Shown: positions 25,934 to 39,151, counted from the whole stretch's first letter. The stretch: DNA of 58,715 bases, filler included, from Ionaspis alba (GCA_964255285.1; 6 parts of 6 records of this genome joined end to end with filler, not necessarily neighbours in it), one strand, 5' to 3'. Translations and numbers: made by a program. The notes: generated from the letters alone by a model not told the origin.

Positions 25934-28900
25934 CTACCTAAGCCCACCAAGAGATCTGCCAAAGTCCTGTGTGCCGAGTTCAGTTCGGCGCGAGAGGCGA
26001 GATTCCGTGGCAGGCTGCATGCGGAGTCTTCTAGGCAACGGCGTCCCAAAGATCGATGGGGTCGTAGGCGTCGGCAGAGCGCGTGTCAGTGCCCTTGCCC
26101 GAGCTGCACGTTTGGAAGGCGTGCTGAGGTAGCCAGGCAAGGGGGTATTGCTTGATTGAGCTTCCAGAGCCGGGATCAATTCGGCGAGATCGAAATCGTC
26201 CTTCAAGTCTGTTACCTGCCGAGGGAACGGTACGGTTTGGTCAACAGCACTTCCCATTGCTGTTCGCCAGGATCGCGTTGTTCTGGGGAAGTTTGGCTCC
26301 GCCAAGCCACGGCGTTCTGATGTCTTCTCTCGCCATATACGGACAAGATTTCGCAAATGCCGCTTTCTGTTCCATTGCCCAAGGGCTGTTGCAGCCTCGC
26401 TGCGGCTCCCGAGTTCTAGTCCTCTGATCCTTAATGACCGTAGGCACTCGTAAGCGATCTTTTCAACATGTGACATGGCGAAATCGTCCGCCTTTTCCTC
26501 CGCTGCTTGCTGTAGTCGTGAACGGTCCAACCAGACTTGCAAACAGCCATTTCTGAGGTTCTTCAAGAATTGCCCGTTGACTAGTAGGTTTTGTTGAAGT
26601 GCTTGATCTAATTTGCCCAACCACCGGTGAAACAAGCCAGAACCGAGTTCTAGAAGTGTTTGTTGGTAGTATGCATGCGCTTGTTCTTGAAAATCGTTGA
26701 TTTGAGCTGCTTGACTATACCAACGTGATATCACCCGCCTTGCTAGATTCATCTTGACCTGGCGTCTAACTTCAGCATAAGCGGCTCTGCGCTTTTGCTT
26801 CTGGCTCTCAACGACAGCATTTTGCAATACTTTGAACGTCCTCGAAGCTCTGAAGTAGAATGCAGCATCTCTTGACCATGTATTGAGCTCAGCACATTGT
26901 TTGTACTTCGATCTCCACACCTGAAGTGTCTCTTGAGCAACATGAGGAGCATGAAACTCGAAAGAAAGTCGGTCTCGTTGGTGGTGTTCCTTTATTCTAG
27001 CACTCCAATGTTGTGTGAGCGCCTGCAACAATCGGCGATTGCGAGTATTCGTGACAAGTGTACATTGTTCTTCTCGATGTGCGTAAATGTCTTCCCATTT
27101 CTCTTTAAGCTTAAAAATTGCTCGTCGTTCTAGTCTCTCTTCGTATAATCGCCGGAGAAGTACCAATCGTTCTGCAAGCACCCATTTGTATAGAGCCTGC
27201 AATACTAATCGTTCGTCGATCTGTTGAGACAAGGTCTGCCACCGAACACGGTCGTTCCATTGAGTCCAAGCCTTTCTTATGATGCGTTGCCGGTCGACTT
27301 GTGCAGCTCGCTGTTCGAATGCAACGCGAAGACGTAGAGTTGAGAATGTGGTATACACCACTCTCCAATCCACCATGCTACATACACGGCGAGCTGGTGG
27401 TAGATGTCGGAGATGTAATTGGCAGGCGCCAAATATGCGCTTAATGATCGCTCGGCTGTAATAATATTCTGCGTGGTGCCTCAAGGCAAGCAGTTTTTTA
27501 GTCTTCTCTCGCCAGTGTGTCCAATAACGTCTCATGATCTTTTCTTCGTGAGAAAGAATGATCTGCACATTCAGCTTGGCGTCCGCGTTTGTAGCTGCCA
27601 GCCATCTGGTAAGAAATTGCTTTTTGAGTCTTGCTTTTCTCCATTCCGGAGCCCGTTGCTCACAGAAGTTCCAGAACCAGCGCCAGAAGATGGTCTGAAC
27701 TATGTTCTCCGAAAAGACACTTAGAGCTTTAGTGCTGTTCGCCCCAACGGAACGAAGCTTATGTTGCCAGAGGAAGAAGAATTTTCGGAGACTTCGACGA
27801 CGAACTTTGAGCTCGTTCACAGCGGTGATCTCAAGCCACGCATTGAAGTATCTTGTTCTGAGGATATGCCGACGAGCAACCGAGGTGCGCTGGACCTCTT
27901 CAGAAGCGCATTCTGCCCAGTGTGTGAACGCCTTGGTAAGAAGGTACAGATCTCGAGCCCTATTCGCTCTGCGCTCTAAATGGCCGAAGAAGCGTTCGGT
28001 CTCAATGGTTTGTCGTCTTAAAAAGTATGAGTTGTGCCATTGGTCAAAAGCCTGACGTAGGAGTATGTCCGAATCATGGGCTATAGCCCTTTGTTCCATG
28101 ACTACATGCTCGCAACCTACCTTTACGGCCAAATTCCGCCATGTTTGTATGGCATCTCTGGCGACAGCCCGAATCCGAAAGCTTTGAAAGACCTCAGAAT
28201 CGCGCAATAGCTGTGTTTCTGAAGGACGGTAGAGGATTTCCCGTGCCGAATCTTTGTAAGCTCGATCGGATCGACGAGACATCTGGCTCGACTGTGTATT
28301 ATCTAGTGTTCCGCTGCCCTCAAAATCTGGAATGAAGCTGTCGCGCGAACTTGCGAGCCTTCCACCACGACGCGCCTTTGGTATTGAGGCACAGTTTGAG
28401 CTCGAGAGATGTGCGGCGCGGCTCCCTTGACTCGATGTAGAAGCATGTCGGCGTTGGTAGTATGATAAATTATCTCTAAACTCCTTTGATGTCAATCTGC
28501 CACGACCAGGTGACGGAATGTTCGGCCGTGATTTCGCATCTCTGCGCTGATGTCGATCGCCGAGTCGTAGTGTTTCCGACGGCCGTGTGGTCGGCCTCGT
28601 TGACGATCTAGATTTCTGGTGGGCTCTTGCACTGTTCTGTAAACGCGACAAGGAAGCCCTCGACTCAGCGCGTCGTCGACTAGCGCGAGTGTTTTCTTCA
28701 TCGGCATCAATGAAGGAGCTGAAAGACGCTCGTCTCGATCGTCTGACAGGGGGCTCAGGGTTTTCGAAAACTTGAGACTCTTGAAGCGACGGCCCGCCTT
28801 TTTCTCCTGGGTCTTCAGTAGCATCGTCTTCTTCGCCAAAGAGGATACGGATTCCGAGATCGGCCAGAAGCGCCTCAAAGGCTCCGAACAAAGATTGCCC

Positions 28901-29203
28901 CGGCTCTCTCTCATCACCCAATCTAAACAAGAATCGCAAATAGATCTGATCATGGTCAGGGTCGAGCCCATGTTGCGCAAGGACCTGATCATATGCCGCA
29001 AATAAGGCGCGGAAGGGAAGGGTGTCGACGTTGGGCGATTGCTGCGCGGTGGTGATAATCTGGTGCAATATCTCGACATCTGCGCCTAACAATCAGCATC
29101 TCGGACAATTTCAGAGAGGGTTGGACGCGCCTGCATCAGTGAGAGGGGACAATTCTTCAAGAGCAGCGGTCTGTTCATCAAATGGCGGCGACGGCGGAGG
29201 CAT
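25934..29203 (-). CDS. SFI1: Spindle pole body half-bridge protein Sfi1 (exon 1 29203-29131, probable GC-AG intron 29130-29080)
   Basis: More than 1050 aa with many Trp-anchored helical repeats (LLRQAFDQW, LLTKAFTHW, ILRTRYFNAW, IIRKAWTQW); N-terminal LPFRALFAAYDQVL..DHDQIYLRFLFRLG; C-terminal TPLPGYLSTPSKRAAR. Confidence 0.88.
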
Positions 29204-29354
29204 CGATTCCGCCCACAACGTCTTCTGAGAGGCATGAAGAAGGCAAAAGACAAGAATCAATAGCAATGTAGCAATAGCAAATAGAACAACGAATTTCCAT
29301 AACGTGTAGGTGCGCTTGTAACTGGATATGTTGTGGCACTCTCTTGCCGGGACC

Positions 29355-29454
29355 NNNNNNNNNNNNNNNNNNNNNNNNNNNNNNNNNNNNNNNNNNNNTT
29401 AATTAATTAANNNNNNNNNNNNNNNNNNNNNNNNNNNNNNNNNNNNNNNNNNNN
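29355..29454. other. Artificial contig linker
   Basis: N44-TTAATTAATTAA-N44. Confidence 0.97.
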
Positions 29455-30295
29455 GGCAGGGTCCCCGCCGCAGGGGTGACGATCACGGGGGATTGGAGGG
29501 TGGGTGTACGTGTGGGAATCCTACCGATTGACTGAAGCATATGGCAATGTAGATATCTGGCCATTGAAAGAATCTGTAGATGATTGGATTTCCCCTCCAG
29601 GAGTATGGAACACGGCCGGTTGAATATTCACTTGGCGGTCATTAAAGCGGTTTGCCCCTTCTTGGCCGTCGTGAGCTGCTATATAGCCAAGACTTCTTAT
29701 TTCTCGATCATGACACCCCCACGATCTACAGCTGTTCACTTACCTTTCACAGGCTCAGCGAACGGTCAGCGTGGCGATAGCGCTGTCCTCTATGATAGGT
29801 TCGAGCTTCAAAGCCCCCCGAGCTAAGCGAAGCGGGGAAGGCTGCTCAGCCCTGGAGCAGAATCCCAGCAGTCGGAGATTTGTAGACTATTGGCTGTGGG
29901 GGACACGGCAAAGGATTGCCGCTTCATGGGCTGGTGAAGTGTGCGGCACGGCAGAGAAAGGGTCTCACTAAGCCCCGATCCTTAGAGTAGCATTTGCACG
30001 TAGTTAAATCATCGAACTTTGCACGCTGTCTATTCTAGTCTATGTCTTATAACATAAGAACGCCTGGATTCATCCATGAAAGATCATTGCGAGTTCATGC
30101 CATCGTGAATTCCGCAACTCCCGGCTCGACAGAAATGTAATAAGAGTCACGAATACTCGGATTAAAGATGCCCAATTGGCAGTGACAAAAGCGAGAGACA
30201 AACTCAGCACGTTCAGACCCAGTCTCGATTATCCTTTGCTTGACACGATGTAAGGAAAGCGCGAAAGGTGTGGGAGAGAGAGAGAAGTCTGCTGC

Positions 30296-31203
30296 TCAAA
30301 CCTTGCTTTGGATCATCCAGCCGCTGTTCTCCCAGGTCTTGTTGGTCGTGGCCTTTAGCTCGCGCTGTTCCGTGGCGGAGAGTGGTTTTTCGGTGCCGCG
30401 TCGACGATTGAGGGATTCGGCTGTCTCGATCATACTGGCGTGAGTGCCTGTTTCGTTGACCATTTGGTACGAGCGGACTTCGGTGTTGGCCCAACCGGTG
30501 CCTAGGTTTGTTCGTCAGCTATGGGTTCATCGTCAGCGGAGACGAGAGAAGAGACGGACCTGCGAAACATGTGATCCCGACCCAGTCCTCGGTGATATAG
30601 TGGAGGTATCCGCCATGGGTTACGAGGACAATTTCTTTCTCTGGTCGTGAATAGAGCCATTCTCTTGCTTCTGTGGCACGCTTGTCCAGCATGGCTGCCT
30701 CTGATGACCATCTCCCTTGATGAGTGTTCCAGTCTTTGGGCACCAGGTGCAAGTCCACGGACTTGTTCTTCATCTCTTTTTTCAGACTGTCGATGTCGCT
30801 TCCCGTGTCGCACGGAAGTTCACTGACTTCCTGCACTTCCGGCAGGCAGAGGACACGAAGGCCGCGTTTGATTTCCGGCTCGAAGGCAATGAGAGTCGTA
30901 TAGATGGTCCGGCGCATAGGAGAGGCGACGAGCAGCTCGATGTTCTTGTGGTGCTGAAAATGTTTGGCGAGATATCGGCATTGCTCTTCACCGTATGGTG
31001 TCAGGTTTGGGTCAATAATGTCGTGGTTCGCTTCGTTGAGGTTGTGATACCCCTGCGGCTATCAGTCAGTGCTGGGTGGGATGTGAGATCTGCTCTGGGA
31101 TATGGTACCTGAGCATGACGGACACAGTGGACGATTGGAGGCACTGGATGGCATAGTCAGTCGTTGAGATTCTCAGGTACCGTCGGCAATGCAGGTACCT
31201 ACT
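30296..31203 (-). CDS. Histidine phosphatase / phosphoglycerate mutase-like protein (exons ending 31203; 31143-31109; 31052-30560; 30501-30296)
   Basis: Spliced MPPIVHCVRHAQGYHN (RHG-type motif), VASPMRRT, CDTGSD, VLVTHGG, GTGWANTEVRSY; ends IQSKV*. Confidence 0.9.
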
Positions 31204-31624
31204 GTTGGTTGGGGTGGATCTCTGGATCACTGTTCAAATAGCCGCGGATCTGGTTCAAGGGACGGTGGTGTCAGGTATCTGTAGACGATCTCAACGAGGA
31301 ATGGTTTTATGACCCACTGGTTCGCTTTCGAACAATTTTATAAGTTGGGCTGGTAACGACTGTTGGGTGAGTTGCAAGAAGACGGGTAAATCACATGCCA
31401 AAGCGACTCTATCCGAGAAGCTTCTACTCAGATTTCCGTAGTGTCACGATACTACATAACTCAGTGCCATTGGCTTATCGGAAGAAAGTCCGTTCTGCCA
31501 AGGGCGGTGACGTCTTTGTCGCCAATAATCCATCCCTAGGGCTGGACAGTGAGCAAACTATTTTCTGATTCTTGCAGCCCAAGACTTCTTGCTCTGGAGA
31601 TTTGGCATCAGCGATCGCAATGCT

Positions 31625-32867
31625 ATGCGTCAATTTTGCTGGCGGTCAACTACAATCTTCAATGGATCACGGGTGAACGCCTTCATTGCTCGCGGACCCA
31701 GGACTACTCAGCAACAATGCTTCTCCACTCTTGACTTGTCCAAGCCTCATCACGCGGAGGTCCAAGTCGGCTCGTCCGGTACGATCATCCTTGAGTAGGC
31801 CCCCTCTTCCCCACCTCGAGACTCGTCCAGCTCTGACGAAATGCTACAGTATACTCAATCCGCCTCGGCCTACGCAAGCAAATCCCGTCATCTTCTACTT
31901 ACCCCGCGGGCCTTTCGCTCAGGAGACCAGCCCAGAGCCTCATAACCTTTCGTCGCTAGGCTTCGACGCCAATGCCGTCGTTGTTCGTGTCAACTATCGC
32001 TTCTCGGCAAAGCATCGATTCCCTACGCCTGTGCACGATGTCTCAGCTGCCTATGACTGGGTGCTCACACATCTTCTTCCTCGTTCCACAACCTATAATG
32101 GTTGGTCAGACTCAACCAGTACGGTGGGGTTTGGAGTGTGTGGAGAGCTGCTTGGAGGCAGCCTCGCCGCGATGCTCGCTCTGACCGAATGCCACGCTGG
32201 CAAAACTGGGATACGAGCAGCGGCCTTTGGCAATCCGATCACAGACTGGACAGCTATGCATGTTGTTCACAACAACAAAATCGCAGACTCGCCCAGCAGT
32301 GCGCAACCTTTACCCACTGTCTCGACAAAGCGTGCACCTCGGAAGGTTGCAACTCCAGATTCTTGGACTGCCTTCTCCACTAACTCTACTCTTCCCTCAT
32401 CTTCTCTACTTCGAGCCCGCCACAATCTCTTTGCGATGCCAGAGCACTACTTCGACCCTTTCGCCTCGCCACTGCTTTTTTTTCGCACAGCAAGCAGCGA
32501 CATGCCTCCTGACCTCGCATCCGAAGACCCGATCGTTGACGATGACTCTTTGCTCGAATTCATCAGGAAACGCAGGGCTCATCGACGGCATCCTCCTACT
32601 GGGTCTGGGCTTCTTCTACCAAAGATCCGAGTGCAGCTGGGAAAGGAAAATCTGCTGAAGGATCAAGGTATTGAGCTTGCAATGAGTGTGATCCGTAGTT
32701 TCGAGGTCAGTTCAAGGGATAGTGGAGGAGATCTTATGTCGGGCAGGAATTCTGCTCGTGAGGAAAAGATGGTCGAGGTTGTGGAGTCTGGTGGTTTGGG
32801 TCTGTGGACGGAGGATGATCTCGCGAACATTGGAATCTGGTTTGGGAATGCGCTACGTTCGTCATAG
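31625..32867 (+). CDS. Alpha/beta-hydrolase-fold protein with degenerate catalytic motifs; intron 31795-31849
   Basis: VVRVNYRFSAKHRFPTPVHDVSAAYDW (HSL-family signature), GELLGGSLA at the nucleophile elbow, YFDPFASPLLFFRT; Arg/Ser/Thr-rich N-terminus. Confidence 0.85.
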
Positions 32868-33134
32868 AACAGAGTTGAACCAATACTATCATGATATCAT
32901 GGGGTTTGCTATGGAGATACCTAGAGATTTGGATTCTGCTAGAGCTCGGCCATTCCGATGTTTATGGGGCGAGTCTTAGCGCGTCGCGTGTGTCTACGCG
33001 ACCCTTGATCGTATGACGCAAAGTTGTTAGTCCACCAATCTCACTGCTTCCATCAAATGCTGCCCTTCGTTATCCAATCGCTGAACTTTCCCAACTGCTG
33101 CAGAAATTTGTGAAAGTCCAAAATTCCGACCGCC

Positions 33135-34544
33135 ATGAATCAGCTACCAGTTGAAATTACACGTCAAATATGTTCTTTGCTATCAACTTCAGACCTGAAA
33201 AGCGTTCGCCTTACTCGCAAGGCCCTAGCCGATATTGGTGCCGAATTTCTTTTGCCTGAAGTTCACCTTGTATACAAGAGACACAGTATCGTAAGACTCA
33301 AAAAGATCTCTCTTCATCCGATCTTCAGTCAACACGTCAAATCACTCTTTTACGAAGGTGATAGACTGGATTATTATGTCAACAGGTGGTATTGGGAGGA
33401 AGATGGTGTGGAGAAATCATGGAGAGCCCGAATGCCGGAAAGACCTCCCCAGGGTGCACCAGAAGTAGATACGGAGGCATTTCGGACACAGCTTCGCAAG
33501 TGGATGGGAAGTCCCAAACACTCCTACACGAAGCCCGAGCTCAAGAATGGTTGGCTGAAATACGAAGCCCTATACAAAGAGCAGGACAAAATCCAAGACC
33601 GCCTGATGGATCACCGGGAGATTAGCAGAGCTATAATGCGATTTTCGAAGCTTGATACACTCAGGTTGTCCATCAACCATGGGCTTTGCAAGGCTACGCC
33701 TTATCTGATCAAATCGTACGAAGGCGCTCTTGTAATGCCTGCCGGCGAGTTTTATCTCAAGCCACACGAAGCCCCGGGCTATCGACAGTTTCAAAGTCTG
33801 ATGATGGGTGCTGCAACCCCAGAGCGGAGGGATATCAAGGCATTGAAGAAAAGAGGAATTTCATTACCGGATACGCTCGACGAACGAAAGAAAGTGACGG
33901 AATTGCGTGTTCTGCATGCTGCTTCAGTGAGCTGGTTCATTTTCCACGCTGTTTCGGACTCAGTGCTGGCTGAACAGCATCGATGCTTAACGCATCTTCA
34001 AGACCTGAAGTTACTTCTCAACACTGGTAAAGAGAACATTCGGGAAGGCGAAGAGCTTGACAAGTGTGCTGAAGCGCTTCGGGAGAAGGGGAAGATGCGC
34101 AAGTGGCTAACCGCGTGTCGGAATCTTGAGAAGCTGCATATTGAGTTCAACCTTATGAATTCACGCCATCAAGCGACAGAACTCAGACACATTGTAGGGA
34201 AATACACTTGGGTCAATCTGAGAGAAGTCACCTTTGGCAAATTCTTTGCGCGGGAAGACAACCTTCTCAACTTCTTCGAGAGGCACAAGTCGACCTTGCA
34301 GTGTCTCACAGTCAATGGACTCACCATTGAAGGCACTGGCTCATGGGCTCGTGTATTGAAGGGGATACGGGATGTGATCCAATGGAAGAAGGCATCTGTC
34401 CATGGCGAATTGTTGCTCAAGGACCGCGATGAAGGCCAGCAAACCTATGTTGTCTGTCCGGATGATGGTCCAGGTGTATTGATATACAAGATCCAGGACT
34501 ATCTCATGCGGAGGTCATCAATCAATCCACTAGATACTGATTGA
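33135..34544 (+). CDS. F-box domain protein
   Basis: MNQLPVEITRQICSLLSTSDLKSVRLTRKAL; 469-aa single exon with LRR-like C-terminus. Confidence 0.8.
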   Translation: MNQLPVEITRQICSLLSTSDLKSVRLTRKALADIGAEFLLPEVHLVYKRHSIVRLKKISLHPIFSQHVKSLFYEGDRLDYYVNRWYWEEDGVEKSWRARMPERPPQGAPEVDTEAFRTQLRKWMGSPKHSYTKPELKNGWLKYEALYKEQDKIQDRLMDHREISRAIMRFSKLDTLRLSINHGLCKATPYLIKSYEGALVMPAGEFYLKPHEAPGYRQFQSLMMGAATPERRDIKALKKRGISLPDTLDERKKVTELRVLHAASVSWFIFHAVSDSVLAEQHRCLTHLQDLKLLLNTGKENIREGEELDKCAEALREKGKMRKWLTACRNLEKLHIEFNLMNSRHQATELRHIVGKYTWVNLREVTFGKFFAREDNLLNFFERHKSTLQCLTVNGLTIEGTGSWARVLKGIRDVIQWKKASVHGELLLKDRDEGQQTYVVCPDDGPGVLIYKIQDYLMRRSSINPLDTD

Positions 34545-35045
34545 TAGTGGCCATAGATATGGTGTGTATCTCAAGTTTTGTAAATAAAGTTCAGGGCTCA
34601 GGCGCAGGAGTCGGCTCTGGAGAGCTGATTCTGGGTCAATATGTCATCCATCAGTGAATAGGATATCAAGAGTCCACTATAATTGTGTTGATATTTCATC
34701 GTCTTGTGAAGCGCATGATTCGAGTCAGATCGGGCAAAGTGCGCCAATAGCCTTATGCACAGACCCATCGCTGGGTGAACCTCTAAAACACGCCTGTCGA
34801 TGCTTCGTTGCTCAAACAACGCTCGGAGCTCCACTAGGCTTTCAACATCTACATACATCAATCAAACAAACAACCTTTCCAAGACGGAGATCCTGGACGA
34901 TAGCTAGCTTCACGACCCAGGTTATCCTTCGACACAAGCGCCGCATGACCGGGTACTCGTGTCTTGCGCACTCTTCGGAGACGGCCAAGGTCTGAGTGTG
35001 CTTGTCCATCCACAGCCAGCATCTTAACAGCTCCTGACCCTAGAT

Positions 35046-38000
35046 ATGTTGCTCGAAGAGTCAAGAAAACTCGAAGACGGCGAAAGTCTAGTCGAAGGGT
35101 CGCCGGAGAGGCCAAATACTTATGGCACAGCAGTCGGAGATAGGGACGTCAGCCTGATGTGCGACCATTCAGAGCCTTGTGATCGGCCAGCGATATCTGA
35201 GGCCACGGGCGGTGAAGGTCCTGCGGATAAGCTGTCACAACTCTTAAGGGGCAAAGACAAGGAGTGGGCTGCGACAGTAGAGAAACAGCGACCGTTACGA
35301 TTGCTGGACTTGCCTGTCGATGTGCTGAAGGAGATTATCAAAGAGGTAACGACACTCAACTTTTCGGGGAAATGTGTGGCTGATGATTCCTAGGTCACGC
35401 ACACGAACGATCTGACTTCGCTTGCTCTGACCCACTCTGCTCTACACAATCTTGCAATCCCGTACATATACTCTCGATTCGACATCGTCTGGCCAGAAAC
35501 GCAAGTGACTTCCGATCCACGGACTGGAGTTGACGCATTGACATATGGTCTTTCGACTTTGGTCATGTCAGAGGACATTTTTGCAGATTCCGCATCGAAA
35601 TATCCCTGTTACTTTTGCAGCCATTGTGGAAAGCAAAGCAAGATACCTAAGAACGATTTGCCTGAAGACAGGCATGCATATTCTGGTAGGAGGCGAAAGG
35701 GGAATGATTTCGCACGATATGTGAGGAAATTCAGTTTGGGCAACGGGCCACCAGATTGGGTGCAGGAATATCTCATCTCCAAAGAGAGCGGCAAAATGCT
35801 TGGCACATTGGTCGCCTTGGCCATCGCCCGTATGCCGAATCTCGAGACTTTCGTGTGGGATATGCCAACAGGCGTTCTCCGAGACGTTTGGTCAGCTCTC
35901 GCTTCTTTGGGAGATCGACGAGACGGCGAGAGAGCGAGGCTCGAGCGAATCTGGATACGGTGGCATGACAACAAGAACGTTATAACCCCCACGAGTTCGC
36001 AGCCAGCAGGAGCATCGCCTCACCCGCTTCCACTGGGAGTCCCTTCTCACTCTTCAACTTTGTCCACGAGCACCCCATCCGTGGATGTGGCTTCCAGCCA
36101 AACTATACTATCACGATCGTATCGCAACGTTGAGCATCCCAATTTTTCAGTCTTGCCTCCATTGCGAAGCGTCACAGTTCTGGATATCGACGAGCCTGCC
36201 TATTTGGATGAATTATCTGTCTTGGTTGAGCGGTCCTCGAGCTGCCTCCGGGAGTTGAGAATAGGCTTGGCTCCTGTTTTCCTTGCAATGGGCTGGTCCG
36301 GTACTATGCAGAGTAGTACGGCCGTTCCGATACCTCCGGATTCGAGTATGGCTCATGCTGCGTCAGGTGGTGTGCTGGGGATGATCATGTCCAAACTTTA
36401 TGATTGCAGAATACAAACGACTTCGCTCAGCAGTATCGTCCGGGAAGCTGAAGTCCCTGCTAAGCAAGTCGAGGCCGAACTCGTAGCTGAAAATGCGCCA
36501 CCTACACTTCTAGGGTCAAGCCAGCCGGAGCTCCATATTGAAGACCAACCAAACTTGACGACGACAGATCTTGCAAACGCCCAAGCGAAACAGGTTTCCG
36601 AAAGCGATGTATCTTTACCGATTGTTGTTCCTCTGCCCTCAACCACCCCTCCCGTACCTCCGAATGCATCGGATCAAAGGCTTGCGGCTCCTGCTCAAGG
36701 TTCGCCGTTACCGGATGTTGATGATATAAATACCGAATCATCACCGAATCTGAATCCTGAATTACCCGTAACGACACTGCCCTTGAGGCCTGCCAAAGCC
36801 TCAGTCATCAATGCCAACGCTCCTCAGCCCTCACCTTCGAAGAAACAAGCTTCAAACCCAACAATACCTCCTGAAACGTCGACAACGACAGCTAAGCCTG
36901 TTGCCAAGCAGAAAAAGCTGAAGTTGGAAATCTTGGAACTGGAAAAAGTACCGATATACGTATCGGTATTGCTGAAAACGATAGATTGGACAGTATTGAC
37001 AAGTTTGACACTCTTGAACTGCGATTCCGACGAGGAGCTCTGGAAAGCTCTTCGGCGCACATATGCCCCAAAGTCAAACCCTATATCCACTCCCTTCTCC
37101 ACTCATTCAACTCTACGACGTACCTCTTCCCATCCCAGGAAGTCCTCGTCCACATCTCCAACCGACTATCCTTTGAGACTGAAGAAAGTACACACGAATC
37201 ATGTTTCGCCTGCTTTGGTTGCATTCTTGAAGGAAGCACTCGCGCCTAACAGTCTTGAATGGATGTTCCTGCAAGACGGAGGCGCTCCTGCATCCAAGGT
37301 CACAATAGATTCCATATATCGTGGCCCCTTACGGCGTCATCGTGCAAGCTTGAAGAAAGTCTTGATCGATAGTGGTGATAAGAGACAGGAAGGTTCATCT
37401 CGAAATCAGAAGTGGAAGAAATGGATGTTTACTCGTGAGGTCCTCACATTCATTACAAGTGGGAAGATGACTTGCCTTAGAGAACTCGCTATGGCTATTG
37501 ACTATAAGGACTGGGTAAGATTCATCCTAGCTACTATGCTTTACATTAGGCTAACACCACTCTAGCATTTCTTTCTTCAGAGACTACCCCAAATTCCTTA
37601 CCTGCGATCTCTATATGTGCCCCATATAGCAGATCACGTTCACGGACACCATTTCGACGCCAGAGAGCTCGCTCTGCAAGTCGTCGACATCGTCACCCTT
37701 CGGCCCGAAGTCGAGATATGCTACATGGGCATCTCAACCAAATGCTTCGAGATCCTGGAAAATAAGAGCGCTGATGATCAAACCACTTCGTACCACGACT
37801 CTGCCACTACGTCCGCCAACACAGGACCAGGGGGCGTTGGTGTTGGCGACCCAGAAGACGACAGCGACGTGGATGATGACGACCACGATGAAGACGATGA
37901 CGATGACGGGGTCCAGGCGGCAACGGCCATCACAGGTGGCCATCCTACTAATGACTCGGATACAGCTGATGACAGTGAGGGGAATTCGGACGATGATGGG

Positions 38001-38102
38001 CTGGGTAGTGAGGATGGGAAGAAGCTCAGGCTTAAGCTGAGGGAGATTCTGTTTTACGATGATAAGGTGTCGATTTTCAAGGCAAGGCATGGGCAGTTGT
38101 GA
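35046..38102 (+). CDS. Fungal F-box protein (introns 35346-35393, 37515-37565); start 35046 or 35158
   Basis: PLRLLDLPVDVLKEIIKE|VTHTNDLTSLALTHSALHNLAIPYIYSRFDIVWP; acidic tract; C-terminus LREILFYDDKVSIFKARHGQL*. Confidence 0.88.
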
Positions 38103-38979
38103 GTGGTTGTGAAAATTTTGGATCGTGTCATTTAGCGCGGTGTTTTGGAGGTGGGAGGGGAAAGGAAAAGGGATATTGGGTTATGTGTAGTGTTAGCATG
38201 TTTGGGTTTGGCTGGTATATATCCACAGCTGATACGTATCGCAACAAGTACATTGTGGTTTGGCCTGGTGGACTACGGTCGATAGCTGTGGCAATGCCTC
38301 ATTGATCATATTCCGGCTCTGTACCTCCATTTTGCGGGCTATGGATATCAATTGATAGCACGAGTTGAGGCATTGGTACCGACGTGAGACCAGCTCTATA
38401 TAACGACTGAGACTGTAAGAAGTCACTTTTCCGGAGAAAGGTTGAAGTCCCAGAGCTTGTTCCATAACCCGCGGGCTGATAGAGTCAAAAATTCAAACGC
38501 TTCCAACTGTCTTTGATCATTGTATTGAGAGGAGACATGATCTTAAGCCATCCAATCTTTTGGTCCAAAAGCCTTGAATCTGCCATGCTGCGGGAACGAA
38601 GAGCAAAGTCGTATGTTTATAGGAACCAGTCACTGCGATAAGCTCTGTCCTCGGAAATAGATTAATTGGCTCCTGCCAGTTGTTTGTTTTCCTTGGCTAA
38701 AAACATTAAGCTTCGGAGGAGATCCGGGAAATCCCTGGTTAAGATCGTCATCCGCTACGCTAGGGTCGAGCTGCATCTCTCCAGCCTTCTAAACGGTCAT
38801 TGGCACATACACTTCTCATCTGCATCACGACATCGATTCATCCTTATTCTCTGTAGTACATTGTGCACAATGCATCTTCAAACTCCTCAGAAAATACAGC
38901 ATCCCATCTAAGCTCTTCAATTTCTATCTTCGACCTTCCCAGAAGCTAGTCAAACGAACGACCGGCGTTCCGTCATTCA

Positions 38980-39151
38980 ATGTCTCGACCAGCAGCACCC
39001 ACCATGGCAACCCGGCCCGGTACTGGTGGGCTCGTTGCCAGAACACCCATCATCATGTCATTGGTGAAGCTGCTGATGCTGGGAATTTTCAATCTTCCTT
39101 TCCTTCGAGCTGCACCGACGCGATTTCCTCAATTTGTTACCTTTGCGGAAG
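38980..39151 (+). CDS. 5' fragment of a membrane protein, possibly MAM3/CNNM (DUF21) type, truncated at the contig end
   Basis: Hydrophobic IIMSLVKLLMLGIFNLPFLRAAP resembles N-termini of filamentous-fungal Mam3 homologues as I recall them; the diagnostic domain is not visible. Confidence 0.4.
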
